NCBI GenBank assembly: GCA_964544535.1
Contig: CAZJCV010000004.1
Span: 6,602-70,601, forward strand
Source: an uncultured Lachnospiraceae bacterium
GTDB lineage: Bacteria; Bacillota; Clostridia; Lachnospirales; Lachnospiraceae
Direction of reading: 5' to 3'
DNA: 64,000 nucleotides
Of this stretch, positions 18,232-28,700 are shown one piece after another. How positions within the stretch are numbered: position 1 is the stretch's first letter; every line of letters begins with the position of its first letter. Position numbers and translations under genes: made by a program. Below the pieces are notes generated by a model. It was given only the letters and a program-made list of their open reading frames with translations. It was not told the DNA's origin and did not search any database.

Positions 18232-19059
18232 ATGGGTTTTATAAAAGGCTTTAAAGAAGATTTTTATCAAGCAGTAAATGAGTTATTAGACGATGATTTA
18301 GAAGGTGTTAAAAACAATAACGATTATTTTGTTGATACTATTGAAAAAGCTGAAAAAACAGATATATCTTTAGATGTTGTCACTGATATGCAAGATGATG
18401 AAGAAGAACTTAAGGATAATGATCTTGAAGAGAACAAGATAATAGAGAGTGAAATTGAAGATGCTAATAATACAGAAGATGAAAAAGACACTCAAGGTGA
18501 AACAGATATTGTCAAAGAAGAAGATGATAATGACGATGAAGACGATGATATAATAATTAATACTATCGATGAAGATATCAAAGATGAGGATAATAATATG
18601 GATACAAAAGCAAGCACAGATGAAGTTACTGTTATACAAGAAGGAACAACAATTACTGGTGACATCGATTCTAGTTGTTCTTTAGAGGTTTTAGGAAGTG
18701 TCACAGGTGATATATTATGTGAAGGAAAGCTATCTGTTTTAGGAAAAATAAATGGAAACTGTCAAGGTTCAGAAGTGTATGTTTCCGCAAAAAGATTAGA
18801 AGGTAGTGTAGAAGCAGTTAACAATGTAAAAATAGGAATCGACTCTGTAGTTATAGGCAATGTGAATGCTTCATCTTTATCTATTGCTGGTGCAATTAAA
18901 GGAGAAATTGATGTTAATGGACCAGTCACTATTGATTCTTCTGCAGTAGTTAAAGGTAATATAAAAGCTTCATCCATTCAAATTAGTGATGGAGCTGTAA
19001 TAGATGGACATTGCAGTCTAGTTTATGCAAAATCTGATATTGAGAGTATATTTGAATAA
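18232..19059 (+). CDS. Bactofilin-family cytoskeletal protein with a long acidic N-terminal region
   Basis: The C-terminal ~140 aa is a repetitive bactofilin/DUF583 beta-helix (…ITGDIDSSCSLEVLGSVTGDILCEGKLSVLGKINGN…VVIGNVNASSLSIAGAIKGEIDVNGPVTIDSSAVVKGNIKASSIQI). The ATG at 18232 follows the SD AAGGAGAAG. The ORF-track start at 18184 overlaps the upstream gene. Confidence 0.75.
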   Translation: MGFIKGFKEDFYQAVNELLDDDLEGVKNNNDYFVDTIEKAEKTDISLDVVTDMQDDEEELKDNDLEENKIIESEIEDANNTEDEKDTQGETDIVKEEDDNDDEDDDIIINTIDEDIKDEDNNMDTKASTDEVTVIQEGTTITGDIDSSCSLEVLGSVTGDILCEGKLSVLGKINGNCQGSEVYVSAKRLEGSVEAVNNVKIGIDSVVIGNVNASSLSIAGAIKGEIDVNGPVTIDSSAVVKGNIKASSIQISDGAVIDGHCSLVYAKSDIESIFE

Positions 19060-19075
19060 ATACAAGGAGCCTAAA

Positions 19076-19783
19076 ATGAGTAGTAAGTATAAAAGAGTTT
19101 TACTTAAATTAAGCGGAGAAGCTTTAGCGGGAGACAAAAAAACAGGATTTGATGAGGGCGTTTGTACAGAGGTTGCTAAGCAGGTAAAGCAATTGCTTGA
19201 ACAAAACGTTCAAGTTGCTATAGTTATTGGTGGTGGTAATTTTTGGAGAGGAAGATCAAGCGACAATATAGATCGTAGCAAGGCAGATCAAATAGGAATG
19301 CTTGCAACAGTTATGAACTGTATTTATGTATCAGAAATCTTTCGTTCCTTAGAAATAAAAACTAATATTTTAACCCCATTTACATGTGGAAGTATGTCTA
19401 AACTTTTTTCAAAAGACGAAGCAGTCTCAAACTTAGAAGATGGTAAGGTAGTATTCTTAGCTGGAGGCACAGGACATCCCTACTTTTCGACGGATACTTG
19501 TGTTGTACTTAGAGCAATAGAGCTAGAAGCAGAAATAATATTAATGGCAAAAGCTATAGATGGAGTATATGATAGTGATCCAAGTGATAATCCACAAGCA
19601 AAGAAATATGAACAAATAAGTCTTCAAGAAACACTTGACAAACAATTAAGGGTGGTTGACTTATCCGCAACTGTTTTGGCACTTGAAAATAAAATGCCTA
19701 TGTTAATATTTGCATTAGAAGAAGAAAAAAGTATAATCAATGCTGTAACAAAAAACTTTAATGGAACTACAATCACAATATAG
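19076..19783 (+). CDS. pyrH: UMP kinase
   Basis: The product shows YKRVLLKLSGEAL and VIGGGNFWRG. The ATG at 19076 follows the SD AAGGAG. Confidence 0.95.
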   Translation: MSSKYKRVLLKLSGEALAGDKKTGFDEGVCTEVAKQVKQLLEQNVQVAIVIGGGNFWRGRSSDNIDRSKADQIGMLATVMNCIYVSEIFRSLEIKTNILTPFTCGSMSKLFSKDEAVSNLEDGKVVFLAGGTGHPYFSTDTCVVLRAIELEAEIILMAKAIDGVYDSDPSDNPQAKKYEQISLQETLDKQLRVVDLSATVLALENKMPMLIFALEEEKSIINAVTKNFNGTTITI

Positions 19784-19834
19784 CAAGAAATAATATATTG
19801 TGTTTTATGTGATTTAGAAAGGGTGGTAATTGAT

Positions 19835-20389
19835 ATGCAATTTAATTTAAAGCAATACGAAACAATGATGGAAAGAACTTTAGAAGCTTTAGGAGATGAG
19901 TTTTCGGTAATTAGAGCAGGAAGAGCCAATCCACGAATTTTGGATGGTGTTAGAGTAGATTATTATGGAACCCCTTCTCCAATACAAGCTGTAGCAAATA
20001 TTTCTGTACCAGAACCAAGATTGATACAAATACAGCCATGGGAAGCTAATTTAATAAAGGATATAGAAAAAGCTATCTTGGCTTCTAATGTTGGAATCAC
20101 TCCAAACAATGATGGAAAGATTATAAGATTAGTATTTCCTGAATTAACAGAAGAAAGAAGAAAAGACTTAGTTAAAGAAATAAAGAAGATAGCAGAAAAT
20201 TCAAAAGTTTCTGTTCGTAATATAAGAAGAGATGCTAATGATGAAGTTAAAAAAATGAAAAAAGATTCTGATATTTCAGAAGATCAAGCAAAAGTATATG
20301 AGGATGATATACAAAAACTTACAGACAAATATACAGATAAAATAGATGAACTTACATCTGATAAAGAAAAAGAAATTCTTACTATTTAA
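19835..20389 (+). CDS. frr: Ribosome recycling factor
   Basis: The sequence FSVIRAGRANPRILDGVRVDYYG is canonical for Frr. The ATG at 19835 follows AAAGGGTGG. Confidence 0.95.
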   Translation: MQFNLKQYETMMERTLEALGDEFSVIRAGRANPRILDGVRVDYYGTPSPIQAVANISVPEPRLIQIQPWEANLIKDIEKAILASNVGITPNNDGKIIRLVFPELTEERRKDLVKEIKKIAENSKVSVRNIRRDANDEVKKMKKDSDISEDQAKVYEDDIQKLTDKYTDKIDELTSDKEKEILTI

Positions 20390-20410
20390 TAAGTGAACTT
20401 GATATTTGGG

Positions 20411-20446
20411 GGACGTATTTTGTAATATCAAAATACGTCCTATTTA
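20411..20446 (+). terminator. Hairpin or weak terminator after frr
   Basis: A perfect 12-bp stem (GGACGTATTTTG / CAAAATACGTCC, 20411-20440) is followed by a poor T-tract (TATTTA). Confidence 0.4.
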
Positions 20447-20466
20447 TACGAATAACGGAGGTATTA

Positions 20467-21192
20467 ATGAAGAACAAGGAAAAACCATTTAGTATAAATA
20501 TACCTAAGCATGTAGCGATAATTTTAGACGGTAATGGAAGATGGGCAAAAAAGAACAGGATGCCTAGAAATTTTGGACACTCCGAGGGTAGTAAAAATGT
20601 AAAAAAAATCTGTAAGGAAGCTTACAATCTTGGAATTGAGTATATAACTATATATGCATTTTCAACAGAAAACTGGAAAAGACCAAAAGAAGAAGTAAAT
20701 GAACTAATGAAGTTACTAAAGGACTACCTAAAACAATCAATAAAAGAAAGCAAAAAAAACAATATGAGAGTACGTATAATTGGAGATATATCAGTCTTAT
20801 CTAATGAAATGCAAGATAGTATTGTTAAATTAGAAGAGGCATCTAGAAATAATACTGGTTTAAATCTTCAGGTTGCGATTAATTACGGTAGCCGAGACGA
20901 AATGATTAGAGGCATTGAAAGACTAGCAACGGATCTAAAAGAGGATAAAGTAAGTGTTGATAATATAAATGAAGAAATGTTTAGTGACTATTTAGACACA
21001 GTGGGTATTCCTGATCCTGATTTATTAATTAGAACAAGTGGAGAACAAAGGCTTTCTAATTTCTTATTATGGCAGTTGGCATATACTGAATTTTATTTTA
21101 CGGATGTATATTGGCCAGATTTCAATAAAAATGAATTACAAAAAGCTATTGAATATTATAATACTAGAGACAGAAGATTTGGTGCTTTATAA
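20467..21192 (+). CDS. uppS: Isoprenyl transferase (undecaprenyl-diphosphate synthase)
   Basis: The product shows HVAIILDGNGRWA, AFSTENWKRP and RTSGEQRLSNFLLWQ. Confidence 0.95.
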   Translation: MKNKEKPFSINIPKHVAIILDGNGRWAKKNRMPRNFGHSEGSKNVKKICKEAYNLGIEYITIYAFSTENWKRPKEEVNELMKLLKDYLKQSIKESKKNNMRVRIIGDISVLSNEMQDSIVKLEEASRNNTGLNLQVAINYGSRDEMIRGIERLATDLKEDKVSVDNINEEMFSDYLDTVGIPDPDLLIRTSGEQRLSNFLLWQLAYTEFYFTDVYWPDFNKNELQKAIEYYNTRDRRFGAL

Positions 21193-21230
21193 ATAATAAG
21201 TTTATAAAACTAGGAAGGTATGAATAAAAA

Positions 21231-22028
21231 ATGTTTAAAGAAAGATTGATTGGGAGTATCTTTGTATTACTATTTACAATTACATTTGTGGTAATTGGTG
21301 GTGAATTTTTATTTTTTGGATTGTTAATCATATCCTTAATTGGTATGATGGAACTTTATCGTACATTAAAGCTTAATAAAACTTCTTTTGGAATATTAGG
21401 GTATGTAGCCTGTATTACATACTATTCATTCATATATTTTAACATAAATAACCATTTGTTTTTATTAATAATTTTTTTATTACTTACTATGTTTTCATAT
21501 GTAATAACTTTTCCAAAGTATAATATAGAACAGATATCTTTTGTGTTTATAGGTTTGTTTTATGTAGCCGTTATGTTGAGTTTCATATATAAAGTGCGTA
21601 TATTAGATGGAGGTGCCTACTTAGTATGGCTTATTTTTATAAGTGCTTGGGGCAGTGATACTAGTGCTTACTGTGTTGGAAGTCTAATAGGAAAGCGCAA
21701 GTTTTTACCTAAATTAAGTCCCAAGAAATCTTTAGAAGGTTGTATAGGTGGTATAGTTGGAGCATCCCTTATTGGATTTTGTTTTGGTTTGATTTTTAAA
21801 AATAATTTCACATACTTTAACAATCCAAAGGTTCTTTTTGCAATTATTTGTGCATGCGCAAGTGTTATATCTCAATTAGGAGACTTAGCTGCCTCTGCAA
21901 TAAAGAGAAATCATAATATAAAAGATTATGGCAAGCTAATACCTGGTCATGGTGGCGTCTTAGATCGTTTTGATAGTATAATTTTTGTGGCACCTGTAGT
22001 TTATTATTTTATTATTTACATAAGATAG
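21231..22028 (+). CDS. cdsA: Phosphatidate cytidylyltransferase
   Basis: The protein is polytopic and carries the CDS signature SDTSAYCVGSLIGKRKF...SPKKSLEG...GHGGVLDRFDS. Confidence 0.9.
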   Translation: MFKERLIGSIFVLLFTITFVVIGGEFLFFGLLIISLIGMMELYRTLKLNKTSFGILGYVACITYYSFIYFNINNHLFLLIIFLLLTMFSYVITFPKYNIEQISFVFIGLFYVAVMLSFIYKVRILDGGAYLVWLIFISAWGSDTSAYCVGSLIGKRKFLPKLSPKKSLEGCIGGIVGASLIGFCFGLIFKNNFTYFNNPKVLFAIICACASVISQLGDLAASAIKRNHNIKDYGKLIPGHGGVLDRFDSIIFVAPVVYYFIIYIR

Positions 22029-22056
22029 AAATAGATTTGCTGTAGTGGAGGTTTTT

Positions 22057-23202
22057 ATGAGAAATATTGCTGTACTAGGTTCAACAGGTTCAATTGGTAC
22101 ACAGACTTTAGATGTGGTTAGAAATAACAAAGATTTAAAAATAACAGCCCTTAGTGCAAATTCAAATATAGAACTATTAGAAAAGCAAATTAGAGAATTC
22201 CATCCTGCAATAGTTTGCCTTATGGATGAGTCATATGCAAAAGAACTAAAGAATAATATAAAAGATATGGATGTAAAAGTACTAACAGGAATGGATGGAT
22301 TAATAGAATGTGCTACATATAAATCTACCCATACACTTGTTACTGCAGTAGTTGGAATGATTGGCATTATACCTACTATAGAAGCTATTAAGGCAGGTAA
22401 AGATATTGCTTTAGCTAATAAAGAAACTTTAGTTTGTGCTGGTCATATTATTATGCCCTTAGTTAAGAAACACAATACTTCTTTGTATCCTGTAGATAGT
22501 GAACATTCTGCAATATTCCAAGCAATAAATGGAGAGAATGGTAATGAGCTTTCTAGGATTATATTAACTGCTTCAGGAGGTCCTTTTCTAGGTAAAACAA
22601 AAGAAGAATTAAAGAATGTAGTTTTAGAAGATGCACTTAATCACCCAAACTGGTCAATGGGTAAGAAAATAACAGTAGACTCATCAACTTTAGTTAATAA
22701 AGGGCTAGAAGTTATTGAAGCAAAGTGGCTCTTTGATATAGACTTTGATCAAATAGAAGTAGTTATTCAACCACAAAGTATTATTCATTCTGCGGTAGAA
22801 TTTATTGATGGGAGTATAATGGCACAAATGGGAACGCCAGATATGCGTTTACCAATTCAATATGCTCTTTATTATCCAAAAAGAAAAGCTCTATCTGGTG
22901 AAAGGATTGATTTTTTTAAGTTGACTAAATTAGATTTTGAAAAGCCTGATAATGAAACATTTCCTGCTTTAGAATTGGCATACAAAGTGGGTAAAGCTGG
23001 TGGAAGTCTGCCTACAGTTTTTAACGCAGCAAATGAAACAGCAGTAGAAAAATTTTTAAATAGGAAAATTAGATATTTAGATATAGTTGAATTAATTACT
23101 AGTGCAATAGAGGCACATAGTATAATTAACAATCCAACTGTTTCTCAAATTCTTGATATAGAAGAAAAAACGCATCAATACATTAATTATTTAGTAAAGT
23201 AA
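22057..23202 (+). CDS. dxr: 1-deoxy-D-xylulose 5-phosphate reductoisomerase
   Basis: The product shows MRNIAVLGSTGSIGTQTLDV, LANKE and DSEHSAIFQ. The ATG at 22057 follows GTGGAGG. Confidence 0.95.
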   Translation: MRNIAVLGSTGSIGTQTLDVVRNNKDLKITALSANSNIELLEKQIREFHPAIVCLMDESYAKELKNNIKDMDVKVLTGMDGLIECATYKSTHTLVTAVVGMIGIIPTIEAIKAGKDIALANKETLVCAGHIIMPLVKKHNTSLYPVDSEHSAIFQAINGENGNELSRIILTASGGPFLGKTKEELKNVVLEDALNHPNWSMGKKITVDSSTLVNKGLEVIEAKWLFDIDFDQIEVVIQPQSIIHSAVEFIDGSIMAQMGTPDMRLPIQYALYYPKRKALSGERIDFFKLTKLDFEKPDNETFPALELAYKVGKAGGSLPTVFNAANETAVEKFLNRKIRYLDIVELITSAIEAHSIINNPTVSQILDIEEKTHQYINYLVK

Positions 23203-23235
23203 ATTATGTTTAATAATAATCATTAGGAGGAATAT

Positions 23236-24594
23236 ATGAATATCGTTATAGCATTATTAATATTTGGAGTTATAATTGCTGTCCATGAATTTGGTCATTT
23301 TATTCTAGCTAAGTTTAACAAAATATTTGTTACAGAGTTTTCTTTAGGATTTGGAAAAAGACTAGTTAGTTTTGTACCTACTAGCAAAGGTTATAGGTTG
23401 AAGTTATTAATAAAACAAGAAGAAATAGAAGCTACTAAAGAGTGGAAAGAAAACACAGTTTATTCTCTAAAGCTATTTCCTTTTGGTGGTTCTTGTGCAA
23501 TGTTAGGGGAAGATGAGAACAATGAAGATGAAAGAGCCTTTAATAACAAAGGTCCTTTGGCACGTTTTTCAGTAGTTGCCGCTGGTGCTATTTTCAATTT
23601 TATATTAGCTTTTATTTTGTCTACAATTATTGTTGCAATAATTGGCTACGATCCAGCTTTTATTACTAAGGTCTCAACTGGATCTGCAGCAGATGAAGCT
23701 GGTTTAAAAGAAGGAGATCTTATTACTAAAATTAATGGTAAGAATATATCTATAAATAAAGAAATGGCAGTAGAATTTCTACTTAATCCTATATCTGAAA
23801 AACCCATTGAAGTTGAGTATGAACGAGATGGGAAAAGGTTTGATACAAGACTGAGTCCAAAACATAGGGAATATTATAGATTAGGTTTTACTTATTATCC
23901 AGACACAAATCAAGCGATAATAAAAGAAATTACTGAGGACTCTCCTCTTGATAATGCTGGTATTAAAGAGGGAGATGTTATTACAAATTATAATGGAAAT
24001 ATTGTTGATTCTGGTGAAGCATTAGCTGAATTATTAGATGAAAACCCGCTAACAGAAGAGAAAGTTGAAATAACCTATACTAGAGATGATAATGAATATA
24101 CAGAACAAATTACTCCAGAGTTTGCTGGTAAGGGATATGAATTAGGTTTTTTTGCTGATCGTATATACGAAAAAGTAAACTTTATAGAAGCATTAAAATA
24201 TGGAGTTATAGAAGTGAAGTATAATATAGCTACAACTCTGAGCAGTTTTAAGATGTTATTTACAGGGAACCTTGGACTTGATAATCTTGCAGGTCCTGTT
24301 GGAATTGTCAATATGATTGGTGATACCTATGAAGTTAGTAAAGTTGATGGTGCTCTTGTAGTATTTATCAATCTGGCAAGTCTAACTATCTTAATAAGTG
24401 CTAATGTAGGAGTGATAAACTTGTTACCCCTACCAGCCTTTGATGGTGGAAGGTTAGTGTTTCTTATAATTGAATTGATTCGAGGCAAGCCAGTACCAGC
24501 AGAGAAAGAAGGTTTGGTTCATACTATTGGGCTCATTGCTATAATGATACTAGCAGTTTTTATATTATTTAATGATATAATAAGATTAATATGA
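23236..24594 (+). CDS. rseP: RIP (site-2) zinc metalloprotease RseP/RasP
   Basis: An HEFGH motif sits in TM1. Two PDZ-like segments (AADEAGLKEGDLI and PLDNAGIKEGDVI) and a C-terminal LLPLPAFDGG motif are present. Confidence 0.9.
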   Translation: MNIVIALLIFGVIIAVHEFGHFILAKFNKIFVTEFSLGFGKRLVSFVPTSKGYRLKLLIKQEEIEATKEWKENTVYSLKLFPFGGSCAMLGEDENNEDERAFNNKGPLARFSVVAAGAIFNFILAFILSTIIVAIIGYDPAFITKVSTGSAADEAGLKEGDLITKINGKNISINKEMAVEFLLNPISEKPIEVEYERDGKRFDTRLSPKHREYYRLGFTYYPDTNQAIIKEITEDSPLDNAGIKEGDVITNYNGNIVDSGEALAELLDENPLTEEKVEITYTRDDNEYTEQITPEFAGKGYELGFFADRIYEKVNFIEALKYGVIEVKYNIATTLSSFKMLFTGNLGLDNLAGPVGIVNMIGDTYEVSKVDGALVVFINLASLTILISANVGVINLLPLPAFDGGRLVFLIIELIRGKPVPAEKEGLVHTIGLIAIMILAVFILFNDIIRLI

Positions 24595-24617
24595 TTTATC
24601 TAATGGGAAATTTATAA

Positions 24618-25712
24618 GTGTTAAAGAGAGGCAAGTGTATTATTGTGGAAAACTTAAGAAAAACAACAAAAGAAGTTTGGATTGCAGATAAGGTTATAGG
24701 TGGAGACAATCCAATACTTATTCAATCTATGACAAACACAAAAACTGAAAATATAGAAGAAACAATTAATCAAATATTAGAACTTGAAGAGCTTGGTTGT
24801 GATATTATTAGGTGTGCTGTTCCTAATATGGAAGCAGCTAAGGCTCTAAAAGAAATTAAAAAAAACATTCACATACCCTTAGTTGCTGATATTCATTTTG
24901 ATTATTATCTTGCCCTTGCTGCTATTGAAAATGGTGCAGACAAAATCCGAATTAATCCTGGCAATATTGGAAGCAATGAAAAAGTTCAAGTTCTAGTAGA
25001 CCAAGCCAAAGAAAGGAATATACCCATTAGAGTTGGTGTTAATAGTGGATCACTCGAAAAAAATATTAGGGATAAGTATAAAGGTATAACGGCTGAAGGA
25101 CTTGTTGAAAGTGCATTGGGAAAAATTAAACTTATTGAAGATATGGGATATGATAATTTGGTTATAAGCATTAAATCTTCTGATGTATTAATGAGTGCAA
25201 AAGCTCATGAGATAATTGCAAGAAAAACCAATTATCCACTTCATGTTGGAATTACGGAATCAGGAACTCCCTATGCAGGTAACATAAAGTCTGCTCTTGG
25301 ATTAGGAATTATATTGTATCAAGGAATAGGTAATACAATTCGTGTATCCTTGTCTGGAGACCCTAAGGAAGAAATAAAATCAGCCAAATTAATACTTAAA
25401 AACCTTGGTTTAAGAAAAGGCGGGGTAGACTTAATTTCCTGTCCGACTTGCGGTAGAACGCAAATAGACTTGATAGGTCTTACAAGTGCAGTTGAAGATA
25501 TGATCCAAGATATTGACCTTGATGTAAAAGTAGCAGTTATGGGTTGTTCTGTAAATGGACCAGGTGAAGCTAAAGAAGCTGACATAGGAATTGCCGGTGG
25601 TAAGGGTGAGGGTCTTCTAATCAAGAAAGGAAAAGTAGTAAAGAAGCTTGCAGAAGATGAATTACTTAGTACCCTAAGGCAAGAGTTACTTAGTATGAAA
25701 GAGGAAGAATAA
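24618..25712 (+). CDS. ispG: 4-hydroxy-3-methylbut-2-en-1-yl diphosphate synthase
   Basis: The product shows IGGDNPILIQSMTNT, ADIHFDY and a C-terminal CPTCGR...GCSVNGPGE Fe-S motif. The start is uncertain, being either the GTG at 24618 or the in-frame GTG at 24645. Confidence 0.9.
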   Translation: MLKRGKCIIVENLRKTTKEVWIADKVIGGDNPILIQSMTNTKTENIEETINQILELEELGCDIIRCAVPNMEAAKALKEIKKNIHIPLVADIHFDYYLALAAIENGADKIRINPGNIGSNEKVQVLVDQAKERNIPIRVGVNSGSLEKNIRDKYKGITAEGLVESALGKIKLIEDMGYDNLVISIKSSDVLMSAKAHEIIARKTNYPLHVGITESGTPYAGNIKSALGLGIILYQGIGNTIRVSLSGDPKEEIKSAKLILKNLGLRKGGVDLISCPTCGRTQIDLIGLTSAVEDMIQDIDLDVKVAVMGCSVNGPGEAKEADIGIAGGKGEGLLIKKGKVVKKLAEDELLSTLRQELLSMKEEE

Positions 25713-28700
25713 TGAGTAATAAATCTACAGTTTTGTTTTTTGAAGTATTTGAAGGACTTAGAAATATACCAAAGGGTATATCTGATATTTTTCAGGAAGT
25801 TTTGGTTGAAAAAGTTGTGCTTTCAAAAGCTAAGGCAATTTTGAAGATTTATATTAAAAGCAATCATATAATATCAGTAAAAAAAATAAGGACTATGGAA
25901 TATCAACTACATAAGCAACTATTTTCCTGCTATAGTGTCAATATATATGAACGTTATAATTTATCCGAGCAATATACACCAAACAAATTAATGGACATGT
26001 ATAAGGATAGTTTATTAGAAGAACTAAGACAAAATAATATATTAGGATATAATATATTAAACAATTCAAAGATTGATTGTAAAGATAATCAGTTTTGCTT
26101 TAATGTTGAGGATAATTTTATTTATAAAAATGTATGTGGTGAATTTTCAAATTACATTACTGATGTATTTAGCAACAAATTTGGCTGTGATATTAACATT
26201 AAATATAAGTTTTATAAACCTAAAGATGAAAAACAAGACACAGAAATAGTAAACTTAGATGATCTAAAGCCAAGGAAATCTACTAATATTAATAATAATT
26301 TCTCTGTTAGCACTTCTACAACTGTAGACAAAAAGGATAATAGCGAAAGGAACAAACAAACAAAAAGGTCAAGAATTTCTAGTAAACCTTCATATCTTAG
26401 AAACTCAAAAGATCCTGACATCTTTTATGGTAAAGGATTTGATGGTGAATCGATGGATATTAAAGATATTCAAGGTGAGATAGGTGAAGTAATAATTAGG
26501 GGAAAAATTCTTAATACTGACACTAGAGATATTAGAAATAATAAAACAATTGTTATGTTTTCCATTACAGATTTTACTGACTCAATTCGTTGTAAAGTAT
26601 TTATAAAAACAGATGAAGTTCCTGTGCTTCTTTCTTTTTTAAAGAAAGGCAATTATATAAAACTAAAAGGTTTGGCACTTTATGATAAGTTTGAAAGAGA
26701 AATTAGCATAAGTTCAATAAATGGAATGAAGACAATTCCTGATTTTTCAGTGAAGAAGCTTGATAATAATGTAGAAAAACGAGTAGAACTTCATGCACAT
26801 ACCATGATGAGTGATATGGATGCAGTAGTTAATGTAAAAGACTTAATTAAAAGGGCATTTGAATGGGGGCACCCGGCAGTGGCTATAACTGATCATGGTG
26901 TGGTTCAAGCTTTTCCAGAAGCATCATATGCCTTAAACAAGAAGGATTATCCAGAATCAGAGTGGAAGAGGTTAGAAGAATTTAAAATTATATATGGAGT
27001 AGAAGCATATATAGTTGACGATGTAAAGTCAGTTACAAGAAACTCTAAAAACCAAAGTCTTAAGGATACCTATGTAATATTTGATCTTGAAACAACAGGA
27101 TTTGCACCTTCTAAAGATAGAATTATTGAAATAGGAGCAGTTAAACTTAAAGATGGTAATATAATTGATAAATTTAGTTCCTTTGTGAACCCTAAAACTC
27201 CAATACCCTTTAAAATTGAAAAACTAACGGGTATTAGTGACGACATGGTTATCAATGAACCGACTATTGATATTATACTTCCTAATTTTTTGGAGTTTTG
27301 TAATGATAGTGTTTTAGTAGCACATAACGCTTCATTTGATATGAGTTTTATTAAAAACAATGCCGATGATTTGGAAATTCCCATTGATAATACAGTGGTT
27401 GATACTGTTGGACTAGCTAGATTATTGCTTCCAAATTTGAAAAATTATAAACTTAATAACATTGCTAAGCATTTTAACATATCTTTAGAAAATCATCATA
27501 GGGCAGTTGATGATGCAGATGCTACTGCAAAGATTTTCTTAAAATTTATTGATATGCTTAAAGAAAGGGAAGTTAGCAACTTAAATGATATAGACAATCT
27601 AAATATTACGTCAAATGATGTTATTAAGAAAATGCCTACATATCATGGCATTATCTTGGCAAAGAATGAAATTGGTAGGGTTAATTTATATAAGCTTATA
27701 TCCTTGTCCCATATAGAATATTATAATAGAAGACCCCGTATCCCTAAAAGTGTATTTTTAAAACATAGGGAAGGATTAATAATAGGCTCAGCTTGTGAAG
27801 CAGGAGAAATTTATCAAGCAATATTAAGAAAGCAAACAGCTGATGAAGTTGATAGACTAGCAAGGTTTTATGATTATTTTGAAATACAACCCTTAGGCAA
27901 TAATGAGTTTATGATAGATAATGATAAGTATGATATTAGTTCTAAAGAAGATTTAATAAATATTAATCGTAAAATAGTACAATTAGGGGAAGAATATAAT
28001 AAGCCAGTTGTAGCTACTTGTGATGTTCATTTTTTAGATGCAGAAGATGAACTTTATAGAAGAATTATTATGACTGGTAAAGGATTTAAGGACGCAGATA
28101 GCCAACCACCACTATATTTCAGAACAACTAGTGAAATGTTAGATGAATTTGCTTATCTAGGGAAGGAAAAAGCAAGTGAGGTTGTTATAAGAAACACTAA
28201 TAAAATTGCTGAACAAATAGAGTACATATCTCCAGTTAGACCTGATAAGTATCCACCCGTTATTGAAAATTCTGACAAGATGCTAAGAGAGTCGTGTTAT
28301 GAAAAAGCACACTCAATGTACGGTTCTAACTTGCCAAAGGTTGTTGAAGAAAGATTGGAAAAGGAGTTGGATTCTATTATTAGTAATGGATATGCAGTTA
28401 TGTATATCATAGCCCAAAAACTAGTTAAAAAATCCAATGAAGATGGTTATTTGGTAGGTTCAAGAGGATCGGTTGGCTCTTCTTTTGCTGCTACAATGGC
28501 AGACATAACGGAAGTGAACCCTTTACCAGCTCACTATTATTGCACAAGTTGCTTTTATAATGATTTTGACTCTGAAGAAGTAAAAAAATATTCAGGATAC
28601 TCAGGTTATGATATGCCAGATAAAGAATGCCCAACTTGCGGACAACTTTTAAGTAAAGATGGTCATGATATTCCCTTTGAAACATTTCTTGGTTTCGAAG

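Noticed and set aside
18370-18977. Three minus-strand ORFs (89, 70 and 71 aa) opposite the bactofilin gene.
   Set aside because: They are mirror frames of the GAT/GAA-rich acidic repeat and of the beta-helix repeats, so they read as Ile/Ser/Phe runs. They have no start context and are spurious.
21960-22367. A 135-aa ORF on the minus strand, opposite the cdsA end and dxr start.
   Set aside because: It lies entirely antisense to two strongly supported genes. It has no SD, its composition is low-complexity and Ser/Ile/Phe-rich, typical of a shadow frame, and I recognise no family.
25232-25240. A DnaA-box-like TTATCCACT inside ispG.
   Set aside because: It is a single imperfect box inside a coding region with no cluster and no AT-rich unwinding element, so it is not an origin.
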